From the IMG/VR virus record IMGVR_UViG_3300024346_006890: 20,000 nucleotides of DNA. One strand, written 5' to 3'. Below are positions 8,541-16,156 of the stretch, piece by piece. This stretch comes from an uncultured virus (IMG/VR IMGVR_UViG_3300024346_006890) (lineage: Duplodnaviria > Heunggongvirae > Uroviricota > Caudoviricetes). The position numbers and the translations under genes were made by a program. The first letter of the stretch is position 1. The number at the start of each line of letters is the position of its first letter. A model generated the notes under the pieces. That model saw only the letters and a list, made by a program, of their open reading frames with translations. It was not told the DNA's origin and did not search any database.

Positions 8541-9856
8541 CAAGTGCAATAATTTCGTCAACGATAGACGCAGATTTTCCAATTGCTGGCCAGGACAACG
8601 ATAGCCAGGGTTTTAGAGATAATTTCACAATTATCAAAGATGGACTAGCAACTGCTGGCGCCGAAATTACCGTGCTGCAAGATAATACTGCAAAAACTAA
8701 TGCAGACAATGATTTTAACGGCAATGTAATCGATAATGCTCAAACTAACAGACTTTTCGGAACAGTTTATACCACTACAACTACATCACTTACAAATGTC
8801 AGTTTAAATAACGGAGAATACCAAGATATTACCGTTAGTGGCAACCATACATTAACATTAGTTGATTGGCCAGGTACAGGTTTGTACGCTAAAATTAAAC
8901 TTGGATTGAAAAGTAACGGAGCAACAAGGACAATTACATTTGCTACTGAAGCTGGCGGAGTTATTAAAAAAGAAATCACTCAAGCGTTGGCTGCTGCAAC
9001 CGGAGCAGACAGATCACCGTCTAGCGGTGCCACAACTTCAGGTTATTTAAGTTTTCTAAAATCTAACTTAACTAATACATTCCAAGCGTCTGAAAGACTG
9101 TTCGGAACAGGATTAACAGGCGAAGTAGTAATTAATACCGTTACAGATTTAACAGGAATTACTGCTACATTGACGGCAGCTCCAATAACTAAAGAATATA
9201 CCGCAATTTCATCAGGCGCGAAAGTAACAACATCAGTAACTTCAGTTGGTATTACTAACGGTGACGAGGTTACATTAAGCGACACTACAGGCATTAGTGG
9301 TCTAGTAACTACAACTACATATTATGCATACGGTGCAGACGGTACTGGTTTCTACCTAGCAGAAAGTTACAGCGATGCAATTAGTGGAACTCCAGTTCCG
9401 GGATTATCTGGCGCATTCAGTGGGACTGCTACTGCAACATTACCGAACATGACTGGATCTAATCTAGTTACTGTTAGTTCTACTACTGGCATGTATACTA
9501 ATATGCCTATAGCGTTTAGTGGATCTAACTTTGGCGGTATTGTGTCATCAACCGATTATTATGTTACAGTAGTCGATTCAACACATATTAGATTATCTAT
9601 TACGCTAGGTGGTGCACCAATTACGTTAACTTCAGGTTCTGGCACATTAACTATTGTACCTAGAGAAACTGTTGCCGTCGGTTGTACTAGTCAAGTTATA
9701 ACTAGCGGGTCTGGGTTAACTATTACAACATCAGCTGATATGTTTCCAGTACCATTTACTGTAGATGCAGATGTTAACAAAACTAAAATAGTAGAAGCAT
9801 GGACGACAGACGGTGGTGCTACTATATTTTTAAAATACCTAGGTGAATTTGCATGA
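8537..9856 (+). CDS. Thr/Ser/Gly-rich probable virion structural protein
   Basis: 439 aa with N-terminal FPIAGQDNDSQGFRDNF and a short helical segment, then beta-rich repeats. ATGA overlap with the upstream structural gene. Confidence 0.6.
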   Translation: MTSAIISSTIDADFPIAGQDNDSQGFRDNFTIIKDGLATAGAEITVLQDNTAKTNADNDFNGNVIDNAQTNRLFGTVYTTTTTSLTNVSLNNGEYQDITVSGNHTLTLVDWPGTGLYAKIKLGLKSNGATRTITFATEAGGVIKKEITQALAAATGADRSPSSGATTSGYLSFLKSNLTNTFQASERLFGTGLTGEVVINTVTDLTGITATLTAAPITKEYTAISSGAKVTTSVTSVGITNGDEVTLSDTTGISGLVTTTTYYAYGADGTGFYLAESYSDAISGTPVPGLSGAFSGTATATLPNMTGSNLVTVSSTTGMYTNMPIAFSGSNFGGIVSSTDYYVTVVDSTHIRLSITLGGAPITLTSGSGTLTIVPRETVAVGCTSQVITSGSGLTITTSADMFPVPFTVDADVNKTKIVEAWTTDGGATIFLKYLGEFA

Positions 9857-10086
9857 TACATCCGTTAGCTGAAGATTTTACTAGTCTTAAAGATTCCGAA
9901 ATTGAAGGGAAGTTGCAAGACTTAACTAAAAAATATTGGCAAGCTAGTAACCCATTGGTTAAACAACAAATAGCAGTTTTCATCGATATCTACAAAACAG
10001 AAATGAATACTAGAAGATCGAAACAAATAGATCAACTATACCAAAAACGTGACAAAGGACTTGACAATTTAATTAAAGTTAATTAA
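9853..10086 (+). CDS. Hypothetical protein (77 aa, helical, charged)
   Basis: ATGA overlap with the previous gene, AGGTG RBS, and it fills the gap before the next gene. Confidence 0.75.
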   Translation: MIHPLAEDFTSLKDSEIEGKLQDLTKKYWQASNPLVKQQIAVFIDIYKTEMNTRRSKQIDQLYQKRDKGLDNLIKVN

Positions 10087-10089
10087 AAT
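10061..10089 (+). promoter_or_regulatory. Sigma70-type promoter upstream of the DnaE fragment
   Basis: TTGACA (10061-10066), 17-nt spacer, TAAAAT (10084-10089). The ATG follows 7 nt later. Confidence 0.8.
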
Positions 10090-10096
10090 ATGTCAT

Positions 10097-10597
10097 ATGA
10101 GAATTGACAAATTTGGTAATCCTATACATCAAGAGCAAGATCTTATCGATTTAATTTATAATAATAAAATCGATTACATTGATAAGATCGCTATCGACGA
10201 TACTGACTCAATTAAAGAATTTGCAAAAAACTGCGAATTAAATCTTAAAGTTTATCAAGATATTGATATAAGCGTATCAGAGTTTGACAAAATTTGTCAA
10301 TCTGAATGGTTTATTCCCAACGAATATAAAACTATGGATATCGAAGGTTTTTTAGTTGATCGATGCCCTAAGCAAAACTACCAACGCCTAATCGAAGAAC
10401 TACAAGAATATAAATCTAGAAATATGCTTGATTTATTAAAATGGTTGAAATATATCGTCGATACCTGTAAAGCAAACAATATTATCTGGGGAGTAGGACG
10501 TGGAAGTAGTGTTGCTAGTTACGTCTTATATCTTATCGGAGTACACAAAATTGACAGTTTAAAGTATAATTTAGACTGGCACGAATTCTTGAGATAA
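10097..10597 (+). CDS. Stand-alone fragment of DNA polymerase III alpha subunit (DnaE-like, GRGS region)
   Basis: The C-terminal half, RLIEELQEY...YIVDTCKANNIIWGVGRGSSVASYVLYLIGVHKIDSLKYNLDWHEFLR, matches the DnaE pattern GxGRGSxxGSLVAYxLGITxxDPLxxxLxFERFL. The protein is only 166 aa. Confidence 0.85.
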   Translation: MRIDKFGNPIHQEQDLIDLIYNNKIDYIDKIAIDDTDSIKEFAKNCELNLKVYQDIDISVSEFDKICQSEWFIPNEYKTMDIEGFLVDRCPKQNYQRLIEELQEYKSRNMLDLLKWLKYIVDTCKANNIIWGVGRGSSVASYVLYLIGVHKIDSLKYNLDWHEFLR

Positions 10598-10624
10598 GTA
10601 CAACTATAAACAAGGAGAATAGCT

Positions 10625-10846
10625 ATGGCTATGAAACAACCAGCACGTAAAGTGTATAGATCAATGCAAGGTAAAGAAGTTGACCTAGATAAACTTCGAA
10701 ATAAAAACGAAACAACCTTAGCAGTAGGCAATGTTAGAATGAATGCTCGCGGAGACGAATTAGGCCCCGGCGGTAAAATTGTTCGAAAACGAGAAGATGT
10801 AATGGACGAATATTATACCGGAAGGCCGCCTTCGAAAGACGATTAA
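10625..10846 (+). CDS. Hypothetical phage protein (73 aa, basic)
   Basis: Strong AAGGAG RBS. Preceded by TAAGTA (10595-10600), a variant of the TAAATA motif. Confidence 0.8.
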   Translation: MAMKQPARKVYRSMQGKEVDLDKLRNKNETTLAVGNVRMNARGDELGPGGKIVRKREDVMDEYYTGRPPSKDD

Positions 10847-10847
10847 T

Positions 10848-11612
10848 ATGCAAAAAGGTATTGTCGGACTAGCTTTAATACTATGTGTTCACGCATCGGC
10901 CCTTGCACAATATACCGGCTTTCAACGAAGTCTCAATGATAAACCGTGGGGAGTTGTTCGAGTAGATAACGGTAATGGTCCTGTAGATAGAGGACAACTA
11001 AGCGAACGATTCGAGGTAAGGCAAGGTGACTGCGGATCACAGCCGGGCTGGAGTGATTGTGCAATGGATCGGGAGCGTTCAGAAATGAGCGAACTTAAAC
11101 CTTATACACAACTAAATCAACCAACTTGGTATGCTTGGAGTGTGTGGTTCGACCATAGTTGGCCTGATATTAGCCCGGTAACTACAACTATCGGACAATT
11201 TCATCAAAGAAACCAAAGTGTTCCTGCTGTACTTTTTATTCAAAGAGATGGCAGATATTTTCTAAGATTAGAGAGTGCTAAAAACTTATATCCTGACGAT
11301 CATGTAAGGACATTAGTGCCGGCACACAGTCTTAAAGGAAGATGGCACAGAATAGTAGTGTTTGCTAATTGGAGCACAGACTCTAACGGTATCTTACAAG
11401 TTTGGGTTAATGGTGTACAACGATTAGATCATAGAGGTCCTAATACAATTAACACTACGCCGGTATATTTTAAATATGGAATATACCGAAGTTTTGTTAG
11501 TAGGGTTCCTAACAGGCCGCCACATATAGTATATATAGACGAAGTTAGAAAAGGTCCTTCAAGAGAAAGTGTGGATTACCTAGTTAATCCTAAATTACAA
11601 CCTGTTAATTAA
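10848..11612 (+). CDS. Secreted polysaccharide-lyase-like protein (heparin lyase I / Polysacc_lyase-type beta-jelly roll)
   Basis: Signal peptide (MQKGIVGLALILCVHASALA). Motifs RFEVRQGDC, RERSE, WYAWS, IGQFHQ, GRWH, LQVWVNG and YFKYGIYRS are typical of this lyase fold. Confidence 0.75.
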   Translation: MQKGIVGLALILCVHASALAQYTGFQRSLNDKPWGVVRVDNGNGPVDRGQLSERFEVRQGDCGSQPGWSDCAMDRERSEMSELKPYTQLNQPTWYAWSVWFDHSWPDISPVTTTIGQFHQRNQSVPAVLFIQRDGRYFLRLESAKNLYPDDHVRTLVPAHSLKGRWHRIVVFANWSTDSNGILQVWVNGVQRLDHRGPNTINTTPVYFKYGIYRSFVSRVPNRPPHIVYIDEVRKGPSRESVDYLVNPKLQPVN

Positions 11613-11627
11613 GAGGAATTTATAAAC

Positions 11628-11963
11628 GTGAATGTAGTTAAAGGCAAATTAAAACCATTAAAAGATAATGTATTAGTTACTGATATGAGTTTCGAGGAAC
11701 AAAAAACTAGCAGTGGCATTATTATCCAAAGTGACGACGGCAAAAGCCACGGTGTTAAACCGAGATGGGCTAAAGTTTGGGCGATTGGGCCCGAACAGCA
11801 AGATGTAAAAGTAGGAGAATGGATTTATATCGAGCACGGCCGTTGGACTAGAGGTATTAAAGTCGAAGACGGCGATAATGAGATTATTGTTCGTAGAGTC
11901 GATACAACCGCAATTTTATTAACAGCAGAAGAAAAACCAACCGACGTCTATTTACCATCATGA
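11628..11963 (+). CDS. groES: Co-chaperonin GroES (Cpn10)
   Basis: LKPLKDNVLV, mobile loop EQKTSSGIII, and VWAIGP...VKVGE. GTG start with GAGGA RBS. Confidence 0.9.
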   Translation: MNVVKGKLKPLKDNVLVTDMSFEEQKTSSGIIIQSDDGKSHGVKPRWAKVWAIGPEQQDVKVGEWIYIEHGRWTRGIKVEDGDNEIIVRRVDTTAILLTAEEKPTDVYLPS

Positions 11964-12367
11964 CTAATCCTTTTAAAGATCAAGAAAAATTTATGCTTGC
12001 ATGTGACCAGAGCGTTAACGCATTTAACGAGTCACAATTTAATCTCTACACAACACTAATTCAAGAAGAAGTTGACGAACTTTGGGCCGCTAACGCTAAT
12101 GCAGATAAAACAGAATGCTTAGACGCACTGATTGACATTTTAGTTGTTACAATTGGTGCTATTCATTCGATGGGTGCAGACGGAGAAGGTGCATGGAAAG
12201 AGGTTATGCGCACCAACTTTGCTAAGATTGATCCCGAAACTGGTAAGGTACGTAAACGTGAAGACGGTAAGGTATTAAAGCCAGAAGGATGGCAACCTCC
12301 ACGGTTAGGACATTTTGTAAGCAAACAGATGTTAGGAAATGGATATATCCCGCCCGACTTGGGTTAA
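11960..12367 (+). CDS. MazG-like / PRA-PH-like nucleoside triphosphate pyrophosphohydrolase
   Basis: LIQEEVDEL...ECLDALIDILVV metal-binding pattern, then EVMRTNFAK and REDGKVLKPEGW. Confidence 0.85.
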   Translation: MTNPFKDQEKFMLACDQSVNAFNESQFNLYTTLIQEEVDELWAANANADKTECLDALIDILVVTIGAIHSMGADGEGAWKEVMRTNFAKIDPETGKVRKREDGKVLKPEGWQPPRLGHFVSKQMLGNGYIPPDLG

Positions 12368-12376
12368 CTAACACAT

Positions 12377-12404
12377 ATAGGGTCTTGACAGACCCTATTT
12401 TTTT
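12377..12404 (+). terminator. Intrinsic terminator overlapping the next promoter
   Basis: ATAGGGTCT-TGAC-AGACCCTAT 9-bp stem followed by a T-run, starting 10 nt after the stop at 12367. Confidence 0.8.
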
Positions 12405-12413
12405 CTATATAAT
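12385..12413 (+). promoter_or_regulatory. Consensus sigma70 promoter
   Basis: TTGACA (12385-12390), 17-nt spacer, TATAAT (12408-12413). ATG at 12420. Confidence 0.88.
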
Positions 12414-12419
12414 AAACTG

Positions 12420-12887
12420 ATGAAAACCGGATTTACATGCTCAACTTTCGACTTGTTTCATGCAGGTCATATCATAATGCTTAAAGAAGCAAAGCAACAA
12501 TGCGACTATTTGATCGTAGGTCTACAGACAGATCCCACTATCGATCGTCCAGACACTAAAAACAAACCAGTTCAAAGCATGTTTGAACGTTTTGTTCAAC
12601 TCGAAGCTTGTAAGTATGTGGACGAAATCGTTCCCTACTCTACAGAAAAAGAGCTTATAGACATCTTGCTTTCTTATCCTATTGATGTTAGAATACTAGG
12701 AAGTGAATACGAGAATCGATCATTCACTGGCAGACAGGAATGTGTCGACAAAGGCATTAAGTTTTATTTTAACCAGCGTAAGCATACATTCTCCACTACT
12801 GAACTAAGACAGCGTGTAGTTGATGCCGAAGCAGACAAACTAATGAGGAAAGTAAATGACTTGCAAAGTGTGCCAAAAAGAGTATAG
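12420..12887 (+). CDS. Cytidylyltransferase-family protein (TagD / glycerol-3-phosphate cytidylyltransferase-like)
   Basis: HxGH signature in TFDLFHAGH, plus DYLIVGL, KYVDEIVPY and C-terminal STTELR. Confidence 0.88.
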   Translation: MKTGFTCSTFDLFHAGHIIMLKEAKQQCDYLIVGLQTDPTIDRPDTKNKPVQSMFERFVQLEACKYVDEIVPYSTEKELIDILLSYPIDVRILGSEYENRSFTGRQECVDKGIKFYFNQRKHTFSTTELRQRVVDAEADKLMRKVNDLQSVPKRV

Positions 12888-13014
12888 CCCTGCCTGTGAT
12901 TGGCAACAAGGACGTTGTCCGCATCATCCGCCATACATTAACCCTCATTCAATGAGATTTTTAAATTTGTTCAACGCTATTAAAGGATTTTTTAAACGTG
13001 GAAGTTCAACCTAA
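12856..13014 (+). CDS. Small Cys/His-rich protein (52 aa, not in ORF track)
   Basis: Manual translation MTCKVCQKEYSPACDWQQGRCPHHPPYINPHSMRFLNLFNAIKGFFKRGSST. GAGGA RBS at 12845-12849. Fills an otherwise empty gap. Confidence 0.7.
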   Translation: MTCKVCQKEYSPACDWQQGRCPHHPPYINPHSMRFLNLFNAIKGFFKRGSST

Positions 13015-13165
13015 AGACACAAGCAAAGGACATTTTTATGTTAGCCTTGGTAAAAGTGCAATTCGTATTGTTGCAGGCGGCTGTTTGATTACAGGTAACT
13101 TGCTAATGGCGGGTGTTTGTCTTATTCTAGCAGAAGTGCTAGGCGTAGTAGAGGAGTTAGTATAA
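12998..13165 (+). CDS. Small membrane protein (55 aa, not in ORF track)
   Basis: Manual translation MEVQPKDTSKGHFYVSLGKSAIRIVAGGCLITGNLLMAGVCLILAEVLGVVEELV. GTG start, AAAGGA RBS, and its TAA overlaps the next ATG (TAATG). Confidence 0.75.
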   Translation: MEVQPKDTSKGHFYVSLGKSAIRIVAGGCLITGNLLMAGVCLILAEVLGVVEELV

Positions 13166-13389
13166 TGCCAACAGTATATACAGAAGTTGAAGTTGATGTC
13201 GATTTAGACGATTTCGACACTGACGATTTAATCGAAGAACTAGAACGACGTGGATCGTTACCATTTGAAGGCAGCATCGATGCTAAAGAAGTCTTAGAGG
13301 CAATTTGGCTCAAGCGTCGACTAGGCAATCAAGACTATCAACGCGAGCTCGATCAACTGATTTATGCAGTATTGGGACGAGTAGTATGA
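13165..13389 (+). CDS. Acidic hypothetical protein (74 aa)
   Basis: Start reassigned to the ATG at 13165 (GAGGAG RBS at 13151-13156, TAATG coupling). Begins MPTVYTEVEVDVDLDDFDTDDLIEELERRG. Confidence 0.8.
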   Translation: MPTVYTEVEVDVDLDDFDTDDLIEELERRGSLPFEGSIDAKEVLEAIWLKRRLGNQDYQRELDQLIYAVLGRVV

Positions 13390-13577
13390 CTTCGGATAAA
13401 GACATACAAGCACGTATGGGCCAATTAATGGTAATTATAGATCAGACATTAATGCTATGCGACAACGAACAAGATCAATTAATGTTAGCCTGTGCAATGT
13501 TACAGCGCACAACTGAAATATTTGATGATATATTAGGCGAAGAAGGCCGTAAAAAAATGTTTAAGGATATGGTATGA
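13386..13577 (+). CDS. Hypothetical protein (63 aa)
   Basis: Start reassigned to the ATG at 13386. ATGA overlaps on both ends. Confidence 0.75.
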   Translation: MTSDKDIQARMGQLMVIIDQTLMLCDNEQDQLMLACAMLQRTTEIFDDILGEEGRKKMFKDMV

Positions 13578-14491
13578 AAGAACTATGGGTAGAAAAATAT
13601 AGACCTAGAACACTAGAAGGTTATGTATTTAAAGACGAGACATTAAAATCCCAAATTAAAAAATGGGTTGATGAAAAAGCTATCCCTCATTTATTGTTTA
13701 GCGGTAACGCAGGAACTGGAAAAACAACTCTTGCAAAGGTACTGTTAAACGAAATTGGCGTCGAAGGTACTGATGTACTATTTGCTAACGGCTCTAAAGA
13801 AGGTCGTAAAATTGAATGGGTTGACAAACTAATTGGTTTCTGTCAGACAATGCCGTTTGGCGATTACAAGGTTGTAATCATTGACGAAGCAGATTATATG
13901 AACAAAGAATCAGTTCAACCTGCTCTTCGAAACTTGATGGAAGAATATAGCCACAGTGTTCGATTTATTCTTACTTGCAATTACCCGCATAAAATTATCA
14001 CACCTGTTAAAAGCAGATGCCAAGAAGTTCATATTGAAAAAACCGACATTACTGAATTCACTGCCCGTGTAGCAACAATCCTAGTTGAAGAAAATATCGA
14101 ATTCGATTTAGATACATTAGATACATATGTTAAAGGAACGTATCCAGATTTACGCAAATGTATTAATAATGTACAAATGAACAGCTTAGATGGTAATTTA
14201 AAATTCCCCGACTCAGTAGATTCTACCGCAGATTATAGAATTGAGATGGTTGATTTATTTAAAAAGGGAAAAATTAATGAGGCACGTAAACTGTTGTGCA
14301 GCCAAGCCCGTCCAGAAGAAATGGAAGAAGTTTATCGTTGGATGTACGACAATGTCAATTTATTCGGCAACGACGAAACAACACAAGATAACGCCATCCT
14401 CATAATTAAACAAGGTTTGGTAGATCACAACTCAGTAAGTGATCCTGAAATTAACTTAGCAGCAACTTTAATTAGACTTTCGAGACTATAA
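13574..14491 (+). CDS. Clamp loader AAA+ subunit (RFC small subunit / T4 gp44-like)
   Basis: LWVEKYRP, Walker A GNAGTGKT, Walker B IIDEAD, FILTCNY, SRC motif and DLRKCIN. Confidence 0.95.
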   Translation: MKELWVEKYRPRTLEGYVFKDETLKSQIKKWVDEKAIPHLLFSGNAGTGKTTLAKVLLNEIGVEGTDVLFANGSKEGRKIEWVDKLIGFCQTMPFGDYKVVIIDEADYMNKESVQPALRNLMEEYSHSVRFILTCNYPHKIITPVKSRCQEVHIEKTDITEFTARVATILVEENIEFDLDTLDTYVKGTYPDLRKCINNVQMNSLDGNLKFPDSVDSTADYRIEMVDLFKKGKINEARKLLCSQARPEEMEEVYRWMYDNVNLFGNDETTQDNAILIIKQGLVDHNSVSDPEINLAATLIRLSRL

Positions 14492-14493
14492 AA

Positions 14494-14817
14494 ATGACAT
14501 ATATTGTTACCGAAAATTGCATTAATTGTAAACATTCTGATTGCGTTGAAGTTTGCCCAGTTGATTGTTTTCATGAAGGCCCAAATTTTTTAGCTATTAA
14601 TCCAGACGAATGTATTGATTGCGGAGTCTGTGTTCCAGAATGCCCTGTTGATGCCATCGTAGCAGATAATGACGTATCAGTTGATACTAAATTTTGGATC
14701 GATCTTAATAAAAAATTAAGTGGCAAATGGCCAGTAATTACTAGAAAAAAGCCAGCCTTGCCGGATGCAGACGAGTGGAAAGATGTTCCTAACAAACTAA
14801 ATTTGCTTAAAGAATGA
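14494..14817 (+). CDS. fdxA: 7Fe-type ferredoxin (FdxA / Azotobacter FdI family)
   Basis: [26 protein letters not shown]...[19 protein letters not shown], and C-terminal WPVIT...PDADEW. Confidence 0.93.
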   Translation: MTYIVTENCINCKHSDCVEVCPVDCFHEGPNFLAINPDECIDCGVCVPECPVDAIVADNDVSVDTKFWIDLNKKLSGKWPVITRKKPALPDADEWKDVPNKLNLLKE

Positions 14818-15368
14818 AAGAAAAATTTATCGATTTGTATATGGATTGGGCAACTAGGCTTGCACAATTAAGTCATGCCAAGCGCCTACAAGTAGGTGCG
14901 GTTATCGTTAAAGACGATACAGTTATCAGTTATGGTTATAACGGTATGCCTGCAGGATGGGATAACGATTGCGAAGACAAAAAGTATGATCCCGGAGCAG
15001 GTGGATGGCTTAGTCCCGAAGAGTTTAATGAACAATACCCATACGAGGAACTACACGGAGAGTTCCAAGACCATAAAGTGCGGTACGGTTTAAAAACTAA
15101 ACCAGAAGTTCTACATGCTGAAAGTAATGCTATTGCAAAACTAGCAAAGTCTAGCAACAGTGGTCTCGAAGCCGACATCTTTATTACTCATGCTCCGTGT
15201 ATGGAATGTGCTAAACTCATTTATCAGTCAGGTATTAAACGTGTGTTTTACAATAAACACTATCGCGACGATGCAGGGGTGGCATTTTTACAAAAATCAG
15301 GTGTGTTTGTATCCACACCTGAAATGCGAGAGTTTGCAAAAAAGACTAGGGGATCTAAGATCCCCTAA
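14814..15368 (+). CDS. dCMP deaminase
   Basis: VGAVIV, GYNGMP, and zinc motifs LHAESNAI and PCMECAK. Confidence 0.93.
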   Translation: MKEKFIDLYMDWATRLAQLSHAKRLQVGAVIVKDDTVISYGYNGMPAGWDNDCEDKKYDPGAGGWLSPEEFNEQYPYEELHGEFQDHKVRYGLKTKPEVLHAESNAIAKLAKSSNSGLEADIFITHAPCMECAKLIYQSGIKRVFYNKHYRDDAGVAFLQKSGVFVSTPEMREFAKKTRGSKIP

Positions 15369-15373
15369 CTTTT
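15338..15373. terminator. Bidirectional intrinsic terminator between the convergent dCMP deaminase and phoH genes
   Basis: TAGGGGATC-TAA-GATCCCCTA (15347-15367), with an A-run upstream and CTTTT downstream. Confidence 0.8.
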
Positions 15374-16088
15374 AATCTCCGTAGACTTCAAGCACCTCCT
15401 TTACTGCTTGATGTCTTTCAATATCTCGACTATCAAAATGTACAACATCGATATGAGATAGTTTACGACCTTTTAACTTATCTGCAAAATCGATAAGACC
15501 ATTATCTTTTAATCTGTCTGCTTGTGCTAAATCCCCAGTTACTACCATTTTACTATTTTCTCCCAGTCGTGTTAGTAACATTTTCATTTGATTCTGCGTG
15601 GCATTTTGCATTTCATCCGCAATGACATACGAATTTTTAAATGTCCTACCTCGCATATAAGCAAGTGGGCTAATTTCTATAACTCCTTCATAGAGCATAC
15701 TTTCAATATCTTTTTGTTGATAATATTCTCCTAAAACGTCGAAAATTGGTCTAGTCCAGGGTGCCATTTTTTCATTTAGCGTACCTGGTAAAAACCCTAA
15801 ATCTTCATCTACACTAACGGCGGGTCTTGTAACGATGAGTTTGTCTACAATGCCCTCTTGTAAAAGCCTAATACCATTTTGTACCGCTAGCAGAGTCTTA
15901 CCCGTACCGGCAGGACCGATAGCAAAAACTATGTTTTTAGTATCGTCTTGTAGCTTTTGTAGGTAAGTTTCTTGGTGCTTATTGCGAGGCAAAAGTGTTA
16001 CTTTATGCTTCTTTTGAGGTGCATATGTTTGAAAATCAATAACGTTAACATTGGAGGTAAAACGTTTCTTCACTCGGTTTTTACTCAT
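15372..16088 (-). CDS. phoH: PhoH-like ATPase
   Basis: GPAGTGKT, TRPAV, LGFLPGTLNEKMAPW, PLAYMRGRTF, DEMQN, KMLLTRLG and GDLAQAD motifs. GGGAGA RBS. Confidence 0.96.
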   Translation of the reverse strand: MSKNRVKKRFTSNVNVIDFQTYAPQKKHKVTLLPRNKHQETYLQKLQDDTKNIVFAIGPAGTGKTLLAVQNGIRLLQEGIVDKLIVTRPAVSVDEDLGFLPGTLNEKMAPWTRPIFDVLGEYYQQKDIESMLYEGVIEISPLAYMRGRTFKNSYVIADEMQNATQNQMKMLLTRLGENSKMVVTGDLAQADRLKDNGLIDFADKLKGRKLSHIDVVHFDSRDIERHQAVKEVLEVYGD

Positions 16089-16103
16089 TAAGTTCTCCCA
16101 CTT

Positions 16104-16151
16104 AAAAAGTAGGACTTGTAGCGACCGCCTCGATAACTACAGAGGTCCTAC
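16104..16151 (-). promoter_or_regulatory. Structured 5' leader of phoH (long bulged hairpin followed by U5)
   Basis: Minus-strand RNA GUAGGAC-CUC-UGUAG-UUAU-CGA-GGCGG-UCG-CUACA-A-GUCCUAC-UUUUU, with 7+5+3 bp stems. Confidence 0.65.
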
Positions 16152-16156
16152 AGTAT

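Noticed and set aside
10097..10846. DnaE fragment as a frameshifted pseudogene or split-intein half
   Set aside because: No PDID-like continuation is visible after the stop, the next gene has its own RBS and unrelated sequence, and no intein N-terminal motif follows the DnaE segment.
13117..13385. Track starts at 13117 and 13305
   Set aside because: The downstream ATGs at 13165 and 13386 have stop/start coupling (13165 also has a strong RBS). The longer versions overlap other genes with implausible sequence.
11628..16088. Bacterial or archaeal chromosome origin based on groES, fdxA, phoH and the RFC-like gene
   Set aside because: groES lacks groEL, an RFC-type loader sits beside a proteobacterial-type ferredoxin, and the genes are interspersed with tiny ORFs, virion-like and lysis-like genes. 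This mix is typical of large phages.
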